Assembly (NCBI GenBank): GCA_013239625.1
Contig: MU053881.1
Location: 8,703,957 to 8,767,956 of the forward strand
Direction: 5' to 3'
DNA from: Lama guanicoe
Lineage: Eukaryota
DNA length: 64,000 nucleotides
Made by a program: the position numbers and the translations under genes
Notes under the pieces: generated by a model
The model's database searches: none
Seen by the model: the letters and a program-made list of their open reading frames with translations, nothing else
What the model was told of the DNA's origin: nothing
Shown here: positions 38,975-52,671 of the stretch, piece after piece
Layout: each line of letters begins with the position of its first letter
Numbering within the stretch: the stretch's first letter is position 1

Positions 38975-40959
38975 TCAGCAATGCAACTGTCAAGGGGGAG
39001 GGCGAGGTGTCTTTCCCAAGCGACTGCCTTTTAAGGAAGCTGCAGTTCAAAAATCGGTTTGCCCCAGGTCTCAGGGATGAGCTAAATACAGAAAGCAAGT
39101 TGGGCCCGAGTGGGGGTGGGGGTGGGGGGTGGGTAGGTCTCCTCTCCCAGTGTGGCTTTCACAGCCTCCTGGGGACAGGATCCGAGGCGGCCGGCAGAGG
39201 AGGGAGGAGGAAACACAGCCCAGACCTTCCAAATGGTGCCACCAAAAAGGGGAAAATGCCCCTTTGGAGCTACTGTTCATAGACTGGCTCATAGACAGCG
39301 GGCATCGGCAAGGATGATTTTCCCGAAACTACTCAAAATGTGAATCTGTTTCAATTCGAGGCTACCCAAATGGGACCAGCCTGCCGGTCTGGTTCAGACA
39401 CGAATATTACCTGCACAGAAATGCCAGTGCAGCCCCCAGTGTCTGCAGGTGTACTAACCCAGGATAAAGCCCACCTCTCTATTTCAGACTTTAAAGATAT
39501 TTTTCTATTCAAGCAAACACCTTTCAGCCCATGGTGGGAAAAGCTTGGGGGTGGCGGTGGGATGGAATCCTTCTCTGGAAATAATACGATTATGAGTCCT
39601 TCTCTCTCCATCTCTCCCTCCCTCCGGCCCGCACCTGCTCCACCCTCACACTTCATCGAGGCACAGAATGAGACGGAAGGTTCTGAAGCACTGCCTCTTC
39701 TCTGCTGATCAAACACGCACGTCTGCAGAATTCTTGCTGTATTTCCATGTACACCTCAAACCTCCAGACGCAAACTTCCTTCTGGTCCTCCTTGTCACTC
39801 TGCTGGTGTCAACTCCCCACGTCCCAATTAGTCGAGCAAACTTGATCTACCTCTGTGCCTGAAGGTTCTTGGTGAGCTGTTTTTCCTGCACGGAATGAAA
39901 GGCAAATCCCACACACCTGCTTTCTGTCAAAGTCCGCAGCTAAGAAATGCTTCCTTGGCGAAAAAATAAGGCGTTCCTTCCCCTGCGCATTTCTCATCCA
40001 AACAATAACCACCCTGTGTCTGTCTGGCATTTCAGCCGGACACAGGCTGATGCCCTGGCTACGTCTCCAGCGCTGCAGGAGGGAAAGGGCTGTTGACAGC
40101 GAAAGGTTCTGAATACAATGTCGGGATGGGAGAAACAATTAACCACAGGGAACGCAATTAACAATGCTTAGGAAATTGTTCACATAGAAATGAATTCAGC
40201 GCGCCTACCACCACCTAAAGTCAGGATGCATTCTATTAGGTTAAAATCCCACCTTCGAATCTTACAGCTCAGACTGATGGCTGCGGGTGAAGGTGGCGAG
40301 ATGGCCCGGTGTGTATGTCTGCTTTTTTTCTTACACACACCCACATCTTAGAACCAAGTTTTCTTTCTGCATATTACTCCGAAATGCAAGGGCCACTGCT
40401 CCAACTCTGAGATGAGACATGTTAATAAAAGTGACATTTACTGTACACTTTCCGTCAAGGTAACACCTAATTTTCTCCTGTAGTTTATCTGTTATATGTA
40501 GGTCACTTACTTGAAGAGACCAGATTCTACTGCCTCAAATAATGACATATTTTCACTGTACAGAGGTCAGGAAATGAGAACTAATCGTGGCAGCTTCCAG
40601 ATAGCGATAACTTCTGATTTGTAATTACCAGGTGAAGGGAGCCAAGGAATTAGCTATTATTAAATGATTTTAAAAATTACTATCGGGTTATCGGGGCTTG
40701 CCATGAGCCACGTTGCTGCTGCACTGGAGATACGGTTCTTTCAAGGAGGGTCTCTCTGTTTTAAGAGAGACACAGGCACGTATGGCAGGTGCAGCGGGGC
40801 CCCAGACCTAACAAAGCTTTGATTTGCACATCTAGAGAAGGAAGTGGTGGGTCTATCAGCGAAGATGACAACTTCCCCGTGTCCCATCAACATGAAAACT
40901 CTTGTCAACACCGCTCGCCTCTCCTAGTACTCAGTCTTGTCATTCCAAGGTGCAGAACA

Positions 40960-41074
40960 GGGAAGGGGGTACAGCTTAGTGATACAGCACATGCTTAGCA
41001 TGCACAAGGTCCCGGGTTCAATCCCCAGTACCTCTGTTAAAAAAAAAGAAAAGCAAAAAAGAATCCTGGAAACC
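40960..41074 (+). mobile_element. tRNA-Ala-derived SINE (Vic-1-like)
   Basis: gggaagggggtacagcttagtg...cccgggttcaatccccagtacctc plus A tail. 15-bp TSD ccaaggt(g/a)cagaaca at 40945-40959 and 41075-41089. Confidence 0.87.
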
Positions 41075-41095
41075 CCAAGGTACAGAACATACTGC

Positions 41096-41555
41096 AACCG
41101 TCAGCTTAGGGAGATTAGCAAGCAAGCAACACCCCAATCTTACTGCTCGTACAGAGGGCACCCACAAAACTGTGGTCTCTCAGTTTGCAGAGACGCCTGC
41201 CCATCCCTGCTTTTTGTTCTGGGTTCCATAGCATCTCTTTATATATATAAAAAAAGTATTCTGAAAACAAGAAAACTACAGATGGGGTGAGAAGGCTTTG
41301 GGTCAGAGGATCCAAGTATCTTCTCAGACAACTCCCAGAAGTGAAAAGGAAAATAAGAGAGTGAGATGGAGGTGGGGAAAGGGGAAAAGCCAGACCCGCG
41401 GAGCACAAGCTCCGGCCTCCCAGCAGGAGCGAGGCAGCAAAAATGACACTCAAGTTTGGGCATATTTTCTGCTGTTGAATTGAACGTTACGTAAATAAGT
41501 GAGAACTATATTGGGGGTATGACCACCTTCTCTCTTTTTTTTTCCTGGGGTGGGG
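41096..41555 (+). repeat. Local duplication, copy 1 (~460 bp)
   Basis: Aligns colinearly with 58431-58886 at roughly 90% identity by eye. Confidence 0.95.
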
Positions 41556-42339
41556 AGAGAGGCTGAAATAGGCTTTTCTTTGTGCTTTTTTTTTTTTTCT
41601 TGGTCAGCTATTCCCGCTCTTACTTGAGTAGGAAAATGAGAATATCTTTCTGCCTGTAGGGATGGGCTAAGTTATCCTTAGGATGAAGACCCAGGGGAGC
41701 TGTGGAGTAAATGAGTTTTCTGACTAATGAGAACTCTGTCTCTTATTCTGCTACTGATTTGCTTGATGGCGGAGGCTGAGAAATCAGTCTCTCTGTCAAT
41801 CTCCCCCTTTACCTTTTGTAAAGGTTTCCCTTTACAGGTAGGATAATGGCTACTCAGGGCCAGAGGGAGGCTGGGCACCTGCTGCCCCCGAAGATCGAGC
41901 AGAGCATACAGACATACTCAAATGTAGAAGGCATTCTGTAAGTGTGCATTGGACTAGGTAATGACACATGGGGACGGATTTGAGGGGCTGGATTGGAGGA
42001 CACTACACTCATAGATTAAAAAACAAAATAATACAAAGATGTAAAGGATGGAATGAAGAAGTGCTGACAGCAATATGGGTGGGTCTGCAAAGAGAAGCCT
42101 TTTGACGATCAGGATGATCAATGCCTGCTGCCAGTCCTTGGACCCCTTTGATGGCCAGCATGGGGGTAGATATTCCACAGATACTACCTGAAGACTCACA
42201 GCTCACGTCAGAGTGGGTGCTAGCATCATGCCCATTTCACAAATGAGGAAGCTGTTGACTGTGAAGTTTGATCACAGGGGGCTTTGGAATCTGAGGGGGA
42301 TTACAGCGGGAGGTGGTTGGCTGCCCCATATTTCACAGT

Positions 42340-42693
42340 GACCTGGTTTCAAATTCTGGTTTGCAATGGGATCCCAGCAACCCTGGTCTCTTTCTTGCAC
42401 CTCATGATCATCTCTCTGTGGTTGGTGAATGACCATTCTGTAGGGTCAGCACCCCTTCCCGACGAGGGTGACAGCTCCTCGCTGTGCTGAATTCACCACA
42501 TAACTCTGCATACCTATTTTCCTCTGCCACACGGTCAGCCTGGATCTGGAGTAAAGATAGCCCAGCCCAGAGCCATGGCTGACCAGTGACAGAATACAAA
42601 ATGAGTGGATGAAGGAACTGTTACTGCTTAAGCCACTGAGGGTTTGGGGCTCTTTGTTACAGCAGCATGCCTTAGCCAATCTTGACTGATACA
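42340..42693 (+). mobile_element. MLT1-type (MaLR) LTR remnant
   Basis: 3' end taagccactgagggtttggggctctttgttacagcagca...tgactgataca. Confidence 0.65.
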
Positions 42694-44329
42694 TTCACAC
42701 GTACGGCGAGTGAGAAATTCCATTCTTATACATTAGGCGTCTATGCATTTCTTAGAGTCATTTATTTATAGGGTCAGGATCCTTTTAAAAACCCAGTCAG
42801 GAAGAGTGAGCACAGATTTAGGGCTACAACATTTGTCTCTATGAACAATAACAGTAAATAGCTCTTTAAACATTATGTCATAATATTTCCAGTTGTGATC
42901 TGCTCTCAGAATCAGACTCAGAGTAGCCAGAGTTATTACTTTTTTAGCTCAAGATTTGGCCTCATCATTTTCTTCCAAACATCTGGATCAATGGGGTGGT
43001 CCCCTCCTCCACTCCCTACAACTGCTCCAGCAGCTCATCCCAAAAGGTCCTATTCAGACCATCTGAGGGTCAGAAGTGAAATGAGTTTGGGAGACCCTCT
43101 CCCTCACCCCCCACCGACAGCCAAAATGCACGATTTATCATGATTTGACAGGCTCCGCTCCAGAGAGACCCTCGGATGCAACAAGGGGTTCCACGGGTCA
43201 GCAGGGCTGGAACAGGGGAAGGCTCCCAGGGGAAGTCCGTGTAATCCAGGTGCAGCTGGGAAATCAGCCACTAAAAACACAATAGGCAGCCAAACTCTGA
43301 GAATATCTCTCTGGCTAATTGGAGAAAACTTTCATCGAGTGTGGAAAATGAACCAAGGCCGGATGGACAGACCACACACAGATCCCAGATTTCAGCAGGA
43401 ATAATAATCAGACCTACCTGGAGTTAGGGCGATGTTTTCTTACTGAAGTTGCCTGTTTTTGTGCCAGATAGGTTTTGACGGAAATACTCAGGGGAGTCAA
43501 AGCAAATGTAAGAGAGAGGGGTTTGCGGCAGGCACTGGAACCCTCCAGCAACTGTAAGGACGGGAGATTGTAGGCCCTGAAAGTGGCAGCTGGGAACGAG
43601 GGTTGCCTGAAATAGTAATCAGGGGATGTGTGGGCCCTGCTGGGTGCCACGGAGAACCTTCCGTGCTCACCGGCTGGCCAAGAATCAACTTGACAAGAGG
43701 GCCAATCGATACGTCAGCCACGCTTCCCAGAGAACTGCTCAGCTCCTGCCTGTCAAGGAGGGCAAACACCGGGGCCACGGGTGTTCTCTGTTTGCTGAGC
43801 AGGCCTCCAGGAACAGGGGGTATCTTGAAAGATCAGGCTTGTCGATACACAACCGGGTGAAGAGACTGGGCTTTCCCTCTGAAAATGAAAGACTTCAGGC
43901 CAGCAGAGCTTAGGGAGTAGAGGAGAGAGCCAGGCTCGCTGGGCCTCCTGGCTCAGCCTCACCAGGGCCCTAGAAATGATGGCAGAGGGCCTTCAGAGGC
44001 CAGGTGGGAAGATGGGAAGGGTCAGGGCTGGGTCTCCCCGCCTCCACGCCAGCCGGTTTAGTCAACGCCAGGGCTCCTGTGGGAAATGTACCCAATTCCA
44101 AAAGGGCCACTGCCCAGGGGAGTGGAAGAACCACAGCTGGAATGATCAGGGCTCAAAGGCACCAACGCTAACCCTGAACTTGCACAGGTAATCTGCAAAG
44201 GGTACTTTTGAAACCGGTAGTGAAATTTAACACATGCAAATGAACCTACACTCAACAGATTCCAGGCGACAAGGAATATTTATTTTGGCACTGTGCCAGG
44301 TACTGGGCTAATTACATTATTTGCATCAT

Positions 44330-44790
44330 TTACTCATCTTTTATCATTCAGGAGATATTTACTGAGCACCTACAGTGTGTGGGTGTGTCCGAGGCCCAGG
44401 AACAGAGCAGTTAAACAAGACAAGCTCCTTGCTGTCATGGAACTTACTTTCTAGTGGGAAACATAAAAATGAAACACGTCCGTGAGAACTAGAGAACAGG
44501 GCTTGGGAAGGCCAGGGTGTGGGGGTGGGGTGGGGAGGGACTGAAAGTTTCCTTGTTTACTGGTCAATGATGTCTGTGATGGGGAACATTTGAGCCAAAG
44601 CCTGACGGAAGTCAGAAAGCAATTCGTGCTGACATCTGGGGATGAGCATTTCAGGTTCAAGTGAAGTTAGGGGAATAGGAGAGAGGGAGTGATGGGGGAG
44701 CTTGGGGGTGTGGCGTGGGGGCCCTTGGAGGGGGACTCTGTTTGGTATTTGGGTGAGATGGGATGACACTGGAGGGTTCCAAAGAGGATG
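44330..44790 (-). mobile_element. L2 3' fragment
   Basis: cattcaggagatatttactgagcacctac...aacaagacaagctccttgctgtcatggaacttactttctagtggg. Confidence 0.7.
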
Positions 44791-45177
44791 AAAGCTCACT
44801 TATCTTTATTCTCACCCGGCGAGATGATCATTTAATCTACATCTTGTAGATGAGGAAATTGAGGCTTAGGGAGGGTAAGTGACTTGCCCAAGATCACACG
44901 GCCAGTAAATGGGCGATCTGGGATTCAGACCTAGATATGTGGACCTGCACCGTCCATGCCACGTTCTCCTGCTAGTGACTCACTGCGAGTCCTCACCGGC
45001 CCCGCAAGTTCTTTAAAGGAACCGCTACTTAGGCAGGACAGAACAAGGCAGGTAAGTTACAGCACCACTTCCTAAATATGATCGAGGCTCACCCGGGAAC
45101 AGACTCCTTTTGTAAGCAGTCATTAGTCCTCTATAAATATAAAATCCAGTTTGCTACTTAGCTTAAAGGAATTGCCA

Positions 45178-45698
45178 GACGACTGGAAAAAGAAGTTGTG
45201 GTGTATTTATACAATGGAACACTAGTCAGCCACAAAAAAAACAATAAAATAATGCCACTTGCAGCAACATGGATGGCCCTGGAGATTGTCATTCTGAGTG
45301 AAGTAAGCCAGAAAGAGAAAGAAAAATACCACAATATCACCCATATGTGGAATCTAAAAAAAAAGAAAAAAAAGAGGACACTACATCTACAAAACAGAAA
45401 CAGACTCGCAGACATAGTAAACAATCTTATGGTTACCGGGCAAAAGGGGATGGGAGGGGATACCTTTGGGAGTCTGAGATTTGCAAATGTTAGCCACTAT
45501 ATACAAAAATAGATCAAAGAAACACATTTCTTCTGTCTAGCACAGGGAACTATATTCAGTATCTTGTAATAACCTTCAATGAAAAGAATATGAAAGCAAA
45601 TATATGTATGTATTTGCATGACTGGGACATTGTGCTGTGCACCAGAAATGGACACATTGTAACTGACGAAACTTCAATAAAAAATAAAAACAAAAACT
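45178..45698 (+). mobile_element. 5'-truncated L1 (ORF2 end + 3' UTR)
   Basis: IMPLAATWMALEIVILSEVSQKEKEKYH motif and typical 3' UTR ending aataaaaaataaaaac; long flanking duplication. Confidence 0.92.
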
Positions 45699-46000
45699 CA
45701 GTTTACTATTTAGCTGAAAGGAATCGCCATGGTTAATGGAAACCAAAGCCGTTTGGCAACTTCAATTTGTAGTCAGGCTGGCTAACAATCAATAGCTTTG
45801 GAGAGTTTTTCCTTGGTGAGTTTTCTTGTCATCCTTCGGGGACACAGCCAAGTACAGTGCTTCTTCCTTAGAGAGGAGGGGGCCTGCTGCCATGTGCTAA
45901 TAACATCGTTTTTCAGGGAGGCTGCCAGTGCCAAAATGACCTTCGGCCTAAAAGAAGAGATGCAAACAAAGCCACGAGGGATACCATTCTCGGAGATGCC

Positions 46001-46050
46001 TTAAATCTTAAAGGAGTTTAAGAAATTTAAATCTTGAAGGAGTTAAAAAA
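46001..46050. repeat. 2 x ~26-bp imperfect tandem duplication
   Basis: ttaaatctt(a/g)aaggagtt repeated at 46001 and 46027. Confidence 0.8.
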
Positions 46051-49000
46051 AAACAAAACCTTTCAATCCGCCTTGGTGAAGTGATTTCTTTTATTTTCAC
46101 CCCACTGTACTGCAATACACTGAATGGAATAAATTTTCAAAGCACTGCAGGAAAGTTACACCCACAAATCTCTTTTGTGCACCTATCTCCCAAGAATGCT
46201 CTGAAAACTCACTTGCCCGAATCCAACTTCTGCTGTGCAGCTGCCACAATGGTAGTAGAGTTCATGGCCCGGGAATTACACAGAAGAGGAAGGATGACTT
46301 GGAGATGCGACGCTAGAATCCCGGCAGGACCATGGGAAGTAAAGAGGGGCTTTGGAGAAATGCACCTGCCTTTTCCTCTACCTGTGTTCTCTCATCTTCT
46401 GGCCATGGTGCCTAAAATGGTCCTCAGCATGCATTTTGTCTATGCCTTCCTGATTCTAGTCTCACGAGAGCGAGGAGGCTTCCTGGTCCCTCCTGCACGT
46501 CTGCCGTGAGGACAAGGTGACAGGTGCATGAGGCAGCTCTGGGACCAGACAGCACTGTGTTCTCAAGACAAGAAGAAACCACACAGAGGGGCCAGCGCAT
46601 TAATCTGTTCTTGTGACAGGCTCAGGATGGTACAGGGAAGTGGTGTGAGATTAATCAACCCTTGTGTTTGGAGGAAACAAATGGGGCTCCTTGCTGCTTC
46701 AGGATATGCAGGGTCCCCAAGCTGGTGTCATCCCTACCCCCATTTTCCCCTTGCACCTGCTGCTGCGGCAGGCTCACCGCAGGTGGCAACTGTTGACACT
46801 GTGGGTGTGTGGTGTCTCATGTGCTCAGGTGACCTCTAACAAGGCCCCCTGGCTCCCGGCATCACCAGGCAGATCGATACGCAAGACAGACGTGCGCTCA
46901 CAGCCACTTTCTGTTTCTGGTGCAGAGTCTCCGGGAATGTACTTTGGAGGACAGGCAATGCTGGCCGGGCATCCCACTGTCCACCGAGACAGCTCCTCCT
47001 CGGGCCAATAAACACACACCTGCAGCCATTCGTCGGACAAAGCATCATTTCCCAGCCTAGACTACTCCTCCTTTCCTGCTGCTCTTTTTCCCAGGAAAGA
47101 AATAAAATAAAAGCCTTTCTTTCTCCAAGAAAGGACCCATGTGATCAAAATACCTTTAGAGAATGATAATATCGGTAGGTTTTATTCTGCAAATAAATCA
47201 TGGGCTAGGATTTTAAGAGCTTTTGTGATAGCAAAACACATCACCACTATCCGTACACATACACCTGAATGAATCTTTCTCTCCAGCCGCCCCTGAAGCT
47301 TTTCATTCAGTGTTGACAACCCACACAATATTTGTCTTTCTTTCAAGAATAGCACCCGGCAGTCCTGTTAAAGAGGAGGCAGGTCCACAAGACTACCAAC
47401 TACAAAGGGGAGGCGAGGCAGGCTGCACGCGGCATGTGGCCACCGGAATCCTAGGAAGCAGACACTATGAATGTTTTAGAGGATAAGATGTCGTATCGAT
47501 CAGCAGATGTGCAGCATGTGCTGGAACAAAGAGGGAGGACTCTCTCGTGAAGAACAGCCTTCTGCGAGGGGGAGTGGCGAGGGGGGTCCGGAGGTGGCGG
47601 TTAGGGCACTGGTCACACTCCGTCCCCTCGGCTGCAGCAAACGAGGGAAGGAGGGTCCGGACTCACTTCCCTTCCTGAGTCCCAGGCAGCCCCCCAGCAA
47701 ACGGCTTCCGAGGAACCTTGTGGTTGAACTCCAGAGCCCACAGCCAGGCAGCCTGAGAGCGGCAGCCAAGCCGGGGGCCTTAGGAACAGGGTAAAGGTCG
47801 CCCTGTCCGGGGCCCCTGAGGGATTCATTCCTGTCAGTGTTCAAATCCCTGCACTACAACTCATAAGCAGACGCCCTCTCTGAGCTTCACTTTCCTTAGC
47901 TAGAATAAAAACTAACGTGTTTCTGACGTACTGACTCAGTGGCCAAAACTCTGCTGAGCATTTTGCATGCGTTACCTTGTTTACCCTTGATGATAAAGCT
48001 CGGGGTGGGTACTGTTATCATTCCCATTTTATGGATGAAAAGACTGAGGCAGAAGGGTGTTAGGAATTTTGCCCAGACTGACAGGGCTCATAGTTGGGGC
48101 AGTGGCTTATCAAATCAAGCACGTGCTCTCAGCCAGGATCTCTCTATGGGGGGGGGGTGATCAAATCAACCTTGATAGGGTGTTGTCGGTACAAAGGAGG
48201 CAGGAAGCTGGGAGGCGCTCCGGAAGTGGGTGTCGGGCCATTTTGCCATTACAACAATAGCGGCCGTGGCTAACTTTTCTTACGTCCTTGCTGTGTGCCA
48301 GGCATCAGTTTTATGGATGTGGGTATATTATTCTCCCCGTTTGCAGATGAAGACATTGAGGCTCAAGGAGCTGAAGTAACATGCAGCTGGTAAGTGGAAT
48401 AGGTGTGATTTGAACCTGAGCCCTGTGGCGTCTAAGACCTGAGTACTGAACTGCTCAGCTCACAGCAGGACAACTGTCAGCTCCACTCTCACACCAGGGA
48501 AGATGAGGCACGTATATTCATCTAGGCGTTCTCCCCACATTGTCCTGAATTCCTTATCAGAGAAACCTTGGTGGCTTCCTTTTCTGCATCACATCAGAAC
48601 GGCAGAGCCACAGTCAAGATGGGCTCAAAGGTCATCTGGTCCGGACCTTTGCTGTACAGTTGGTGCCCATGACAGTCAATGCCTGGCCGAGCCAGGATTT
48701 GAACCTGGGTCTCTTGACCCTTTGTCTGGTGCCCTCCCAACTGTCTCTTCTATCTCCTTAAAGACAGAGAAGCCTATGGGCAATGCCACCCCTTAATAAA
48801 GAGACAATGAGGGCACTGCAGAGAAGCTTTCTCTTTTCACCCATCTAAGATTTTTATTACTACTATTTGCAACGTTAGGGCATGAGCAAAAATAACCTGT
48901 TAATAAATTAGTCAACAAAGGGAGCATTATGGTTCTTTCTCATCCTAGATTCCTTAGACGGGGTTTCTATGACAAATTACTCTCACTGCAGAAGTTCATC

Positions 49001-50469
49001 ACATCTAGAATCTAAAATCACCATTTTTCTATTTCTCCCTGGTCCGAGGATACCTTGGTCGATATGGACGTGTTCCCTCCTGCATGTGAACTTGGTAATT
49101 TTTCAGGAGTGAGAAATGAGTTGAAGAAATAAGGCTGTTGAGCAAATCCTGTATGTAATTCTCATTTCAATTTGGTCATTTGTTCAGCAAAGCCAAATTA
49201 GGCACATGGGGAAGCTGCCAGTGTTCTTTTCAATTTTTAATTTTTGACATGGATCGCTCAAGGATTTTTTTTTTTTTAAACTCAGGAATAAAAAAATCTC
49301 ATGTTAGCAAATTGGGCTTGATCTTTCTCTTAAAAGGTTTTTAGTTAAGTGGATTTCACACGCCTAACCGGAATCAGTTTAAACCTGATTCTGACGGAAA
49401 GAAATATCGTGTTAAAAAAATAAAATTAGTTCTCTCTCAGGGCCTGATCATATAGTAGGGAGTGAAAATCCTCGAAATATGGTAGTCCTGGTTTTCTGAT
49501 ATGCTTAATATCAACGCGGTCAAATTTCTCCTGGGAGAAAGCTAATCTGGGGTGGGGGGAGGGCTACTTTCTTTTTGGAATGCAAGCCACCTGTATCCAT
49601 CAAAAAAGAACTACATTTTCATCTGCAATGAGGTAAGTGACATAATTCAGCTTATTTTGAGTCTCTGACAATTTACTTAGTAGAGCTAATTTCAGGGGTT
49701 GGATGTGACACTCTAGTCCCACACATTTCTTTCCCGCTGAAGGTACACATTTCTCTCAACAGGTAGCAGCGTTGTAACTGCTGTGGCATTTTTGGCTTGT
49801 ACAAAGCATTCCAGTGACAGCAGAAAGACATTTGACGTGGTTCATAATTGACCTCCCTCCTTCCTCTGGCTGGTGTGCCCTTCCCACACCCTCCCCTCCT
49901 AACTCCATCGCTGATCCCACTGCAGGTGGACCCAGGTCACCTCCCGGCGGGGTCCGGTCTCCTCTGATACCAGCCTGGCAGAGGGATGCTCCCTGACCAG
50001 CATGTTCGAGGTTCAAGAAGCATGAACACATTTGAAAAGCTGCCCCACTTGTTTTCATTACTTACATCTTTCAGGCTTACGTTTCTAAATATACCCGCTA
50101 TTAGGTTTTTCTGATTTCATTTAATCTTTAATTTAATATAAGGAACTCCTCTGGGAGTTATTTTATTATCCCTGTTTCACAAAGGAAAAGACTGAGACTT
50201 ACTGTAGTTATGTTAACATGCCCAAGGTCAAGGGTTACCAGATTTTTAAAAAATTTTATTAAGTCTGACAGTTCTTCCAAGTTCCCGAGTTATGGCTAAA
50301 ACTCAGGGACATCTCTGTCCTGCAGCCCCAGAAACAGCCTCCTGACTGGTACCCTCAGATCCTCTAAGCTTCGCTCCAGGTCTGTCAGAAAGAATTGCCC
50401 AAGGTAACCAGAGCTGGGTCTCCCCAGTGACCTTTGGGAGTTCTCTCATCTCCACCTCACTGGCATTCT

Positions 50470-50856
50470 GTCTCTGGGCCAAGGGAGATCTGACACGAGC
50501 CACATGTGTAACTTAAAATGTTCTAGCAACCACATCAAACAAGCTAAAATAAATTTAATAATATGTTTTTAACCCAATACATCCCAAATATTATCAGCTC
50601 AATATAGAATCAATAAGAAAAAAAATCATGTTTTGCTAAGTCTTCCAAATCTGGTTTGTATTTTATACCTAGAGCACATCTCAGTTCAGATGCTGAATTT
50701 TCGACAGTTCAAGCGAGATGTGGTCCTGCCCAAATGGTAAATGTCTGTTAACCCCCCCAAACTGATATTCCTTCAGTTGTGAGACATAAATTAATTACAG
50801 TGAAACAATATGAAAAATTCAGTTCACGTGTGGCTATTGGACAGAGTGGATCTAGA
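50470..50856. mobile_element. MER33/Charlie-like DNA element
   Basis: gagccacatgtgtaacttaaaatgttctagcaaccacat...gcacatctcagttcagat...gtggctattggacag. Confidence 0.6.
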
Positions 50857-52335
50857 CCATTGAGGCTTAATGGGGTTCTTCTGGGCAGATTTCCTCCTCT
50901 GTGCTCCCAGGATATCGGTACCCACACCTCTCATAGCATTTATGGCTTTATGTGGTAATAGCTTATTTGCTGATCATCTTTCCTCCCTCTGCCCCCACCT
51001 TCTCTGCCTTAACCTTTGAGCCATGAGCATCTCTGGGGTGAGAGTGAACCTTTGCCTTCCCTCTTTTCCATGTGTCCCAGCAACCAGCATCAGGTTCAGA
51101 ACACACGAGTGTCCAGAAAGTATCCAGTGAGTGAAAGAATGGCTTGACACCCTGCGTTTAAAAAATGCAGCTAACTGAGGTCTTCCAGTGTACCAGGCTA
51201 AGAATAGTAACAGCAACAAAAATAAAGAGTATCTATTGAAATCTGACTTTATACCAGGCTCTCAAACTACCTGCTTTAAAGGTATTTATTATTTGAACAC
51301 CTGGCACCCTCTCTCCCCAAATCACCTTCGAAGCAGGAACTATTATTTCCATTTTACAGATGAGAAAACTGAGGCTTAGAGAGATTAAATAACTTGCTCA
51401 TTCTCATACAGCTACTAAGCACCAGAGCCAGGAATACACAGACGTATCTCAGCCCCCTACTGGTGTTTTCCTAACCTCAGTCACCATCAGCCACGTTCAT
51501 GATTTTTTACTAAATCTGACCGCCCCTTGTGCTATTATTTCCTTACTGCATTTAAAAATCAATCCCTGCCTCCTTTCAAAGCTGTAATCCACTTAGCCTC
51601 ATCCCAAAATAATATCTGTAAAACAAAAAAGCTTGATGTATTAGTTACAAGGTTTTGCGATACACGAAAATAAACACAGAGCTACTGAAGTGAAGAAGCT
51701 GGCCCCGACGCTACACGGTTACACTGTGCGTGCTGCCGGGGGTCTGCCTCCTCCTACCCTGGGAGAAACATTGCTCGCTGCTGGATCGCTTCTAACTTAC
51801 AACGTGTGTCTTTCTGCTCCCAAGGACCCACCATTACTTCTGTGTCTTCCCTGCCCTCTACAGTGGTCTAAGAAAGAAAAAACCAGCAGGAGAAGAACGG
51901 GCTGGAAGGAAGGTTGTCTGGGCCTGGCTTTCCTCATTATTTCTAGCTGGATAAAAGCAAAACACAAGCAAACCCTAAGACGCGACCTCCCACCCCCACC
52001 ACCTCAGGGTTTTTCTTCATTTCTTCAGGGCCAGAGGACTGAGCCTGCTTCGGGGAGGCTGCACCCATGGGGCCAGTCCTCCCTGCTAGGATCCTTCCCA
52101 CCTGATGTCAAGGTGATGCCTAGAGAGCCCGGGACCTGCTGGAATCCGAGAGTCCTTCCCCACGCCACCTGCTTCTGCCCAGGGGCACACCCACAGCCCA
52201 GACCACCGCAGGTGTGTTCCTGGGCGGCACAGGTTGTACTTAATTCAGAAATTCACCAGCAATCATTGAGTGCCTATTAGATCCCGGGTCCCGCATACCC
52301 TTGATGCAATTTTTAAGAAGCTTAATAGTTGACTC

Positions 52336-52671
52336 ATGAACAAAGAAAACACACCGTGGTTACCAAAGGGGAAAGTGAGGGAGGGACACATTAGGAGTTT
52401 GGGATTAACAGACACACACTACTAGACCTAAAATAGATAAACAACAAGGACCTACTGTATAGCACGTGGAACTATATTCAATTTCTTATAATGAGTTGCA
52501 ACGGAAAAAAATCTGAAAATATATGTGTATATATTCACATATATAAAATTATGTGTATATACACATAAATGTGTATGTGTATAACTGAATCGTTTTGCTG
52601 TACACCTGAAACTAACACTGTATATCAACTATACTTCAAAAAAATTTTAAACTGTCAAAAAAAAAAAACAA
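52336..52671 (+). mobile_element. L1 3' UTR fragment
   Basis: gtggttaccaaagggg...aacaacaaggacctactgtatagcac...ctgtacacctgaaactaac; TSD-like aatagt(tg/ca)actc at 52324 and 52672. Confidence 0.85.

Noticed and set aside
41115..41483. Near-identical ORFs at 41.1-41.5 kb and 58.56-58.82 kb suggesting a small gene family
   Set aside because: They are a by-product of the DNA duplication. ORFs occur in several frames and both strands, with different stop positions between copies.
51690..52280. 196-aa plus-strand ORF
   Set aside because: GTG start, no recognisable homology or exon structure; consistent with a chance ORF in GC-rich intron.
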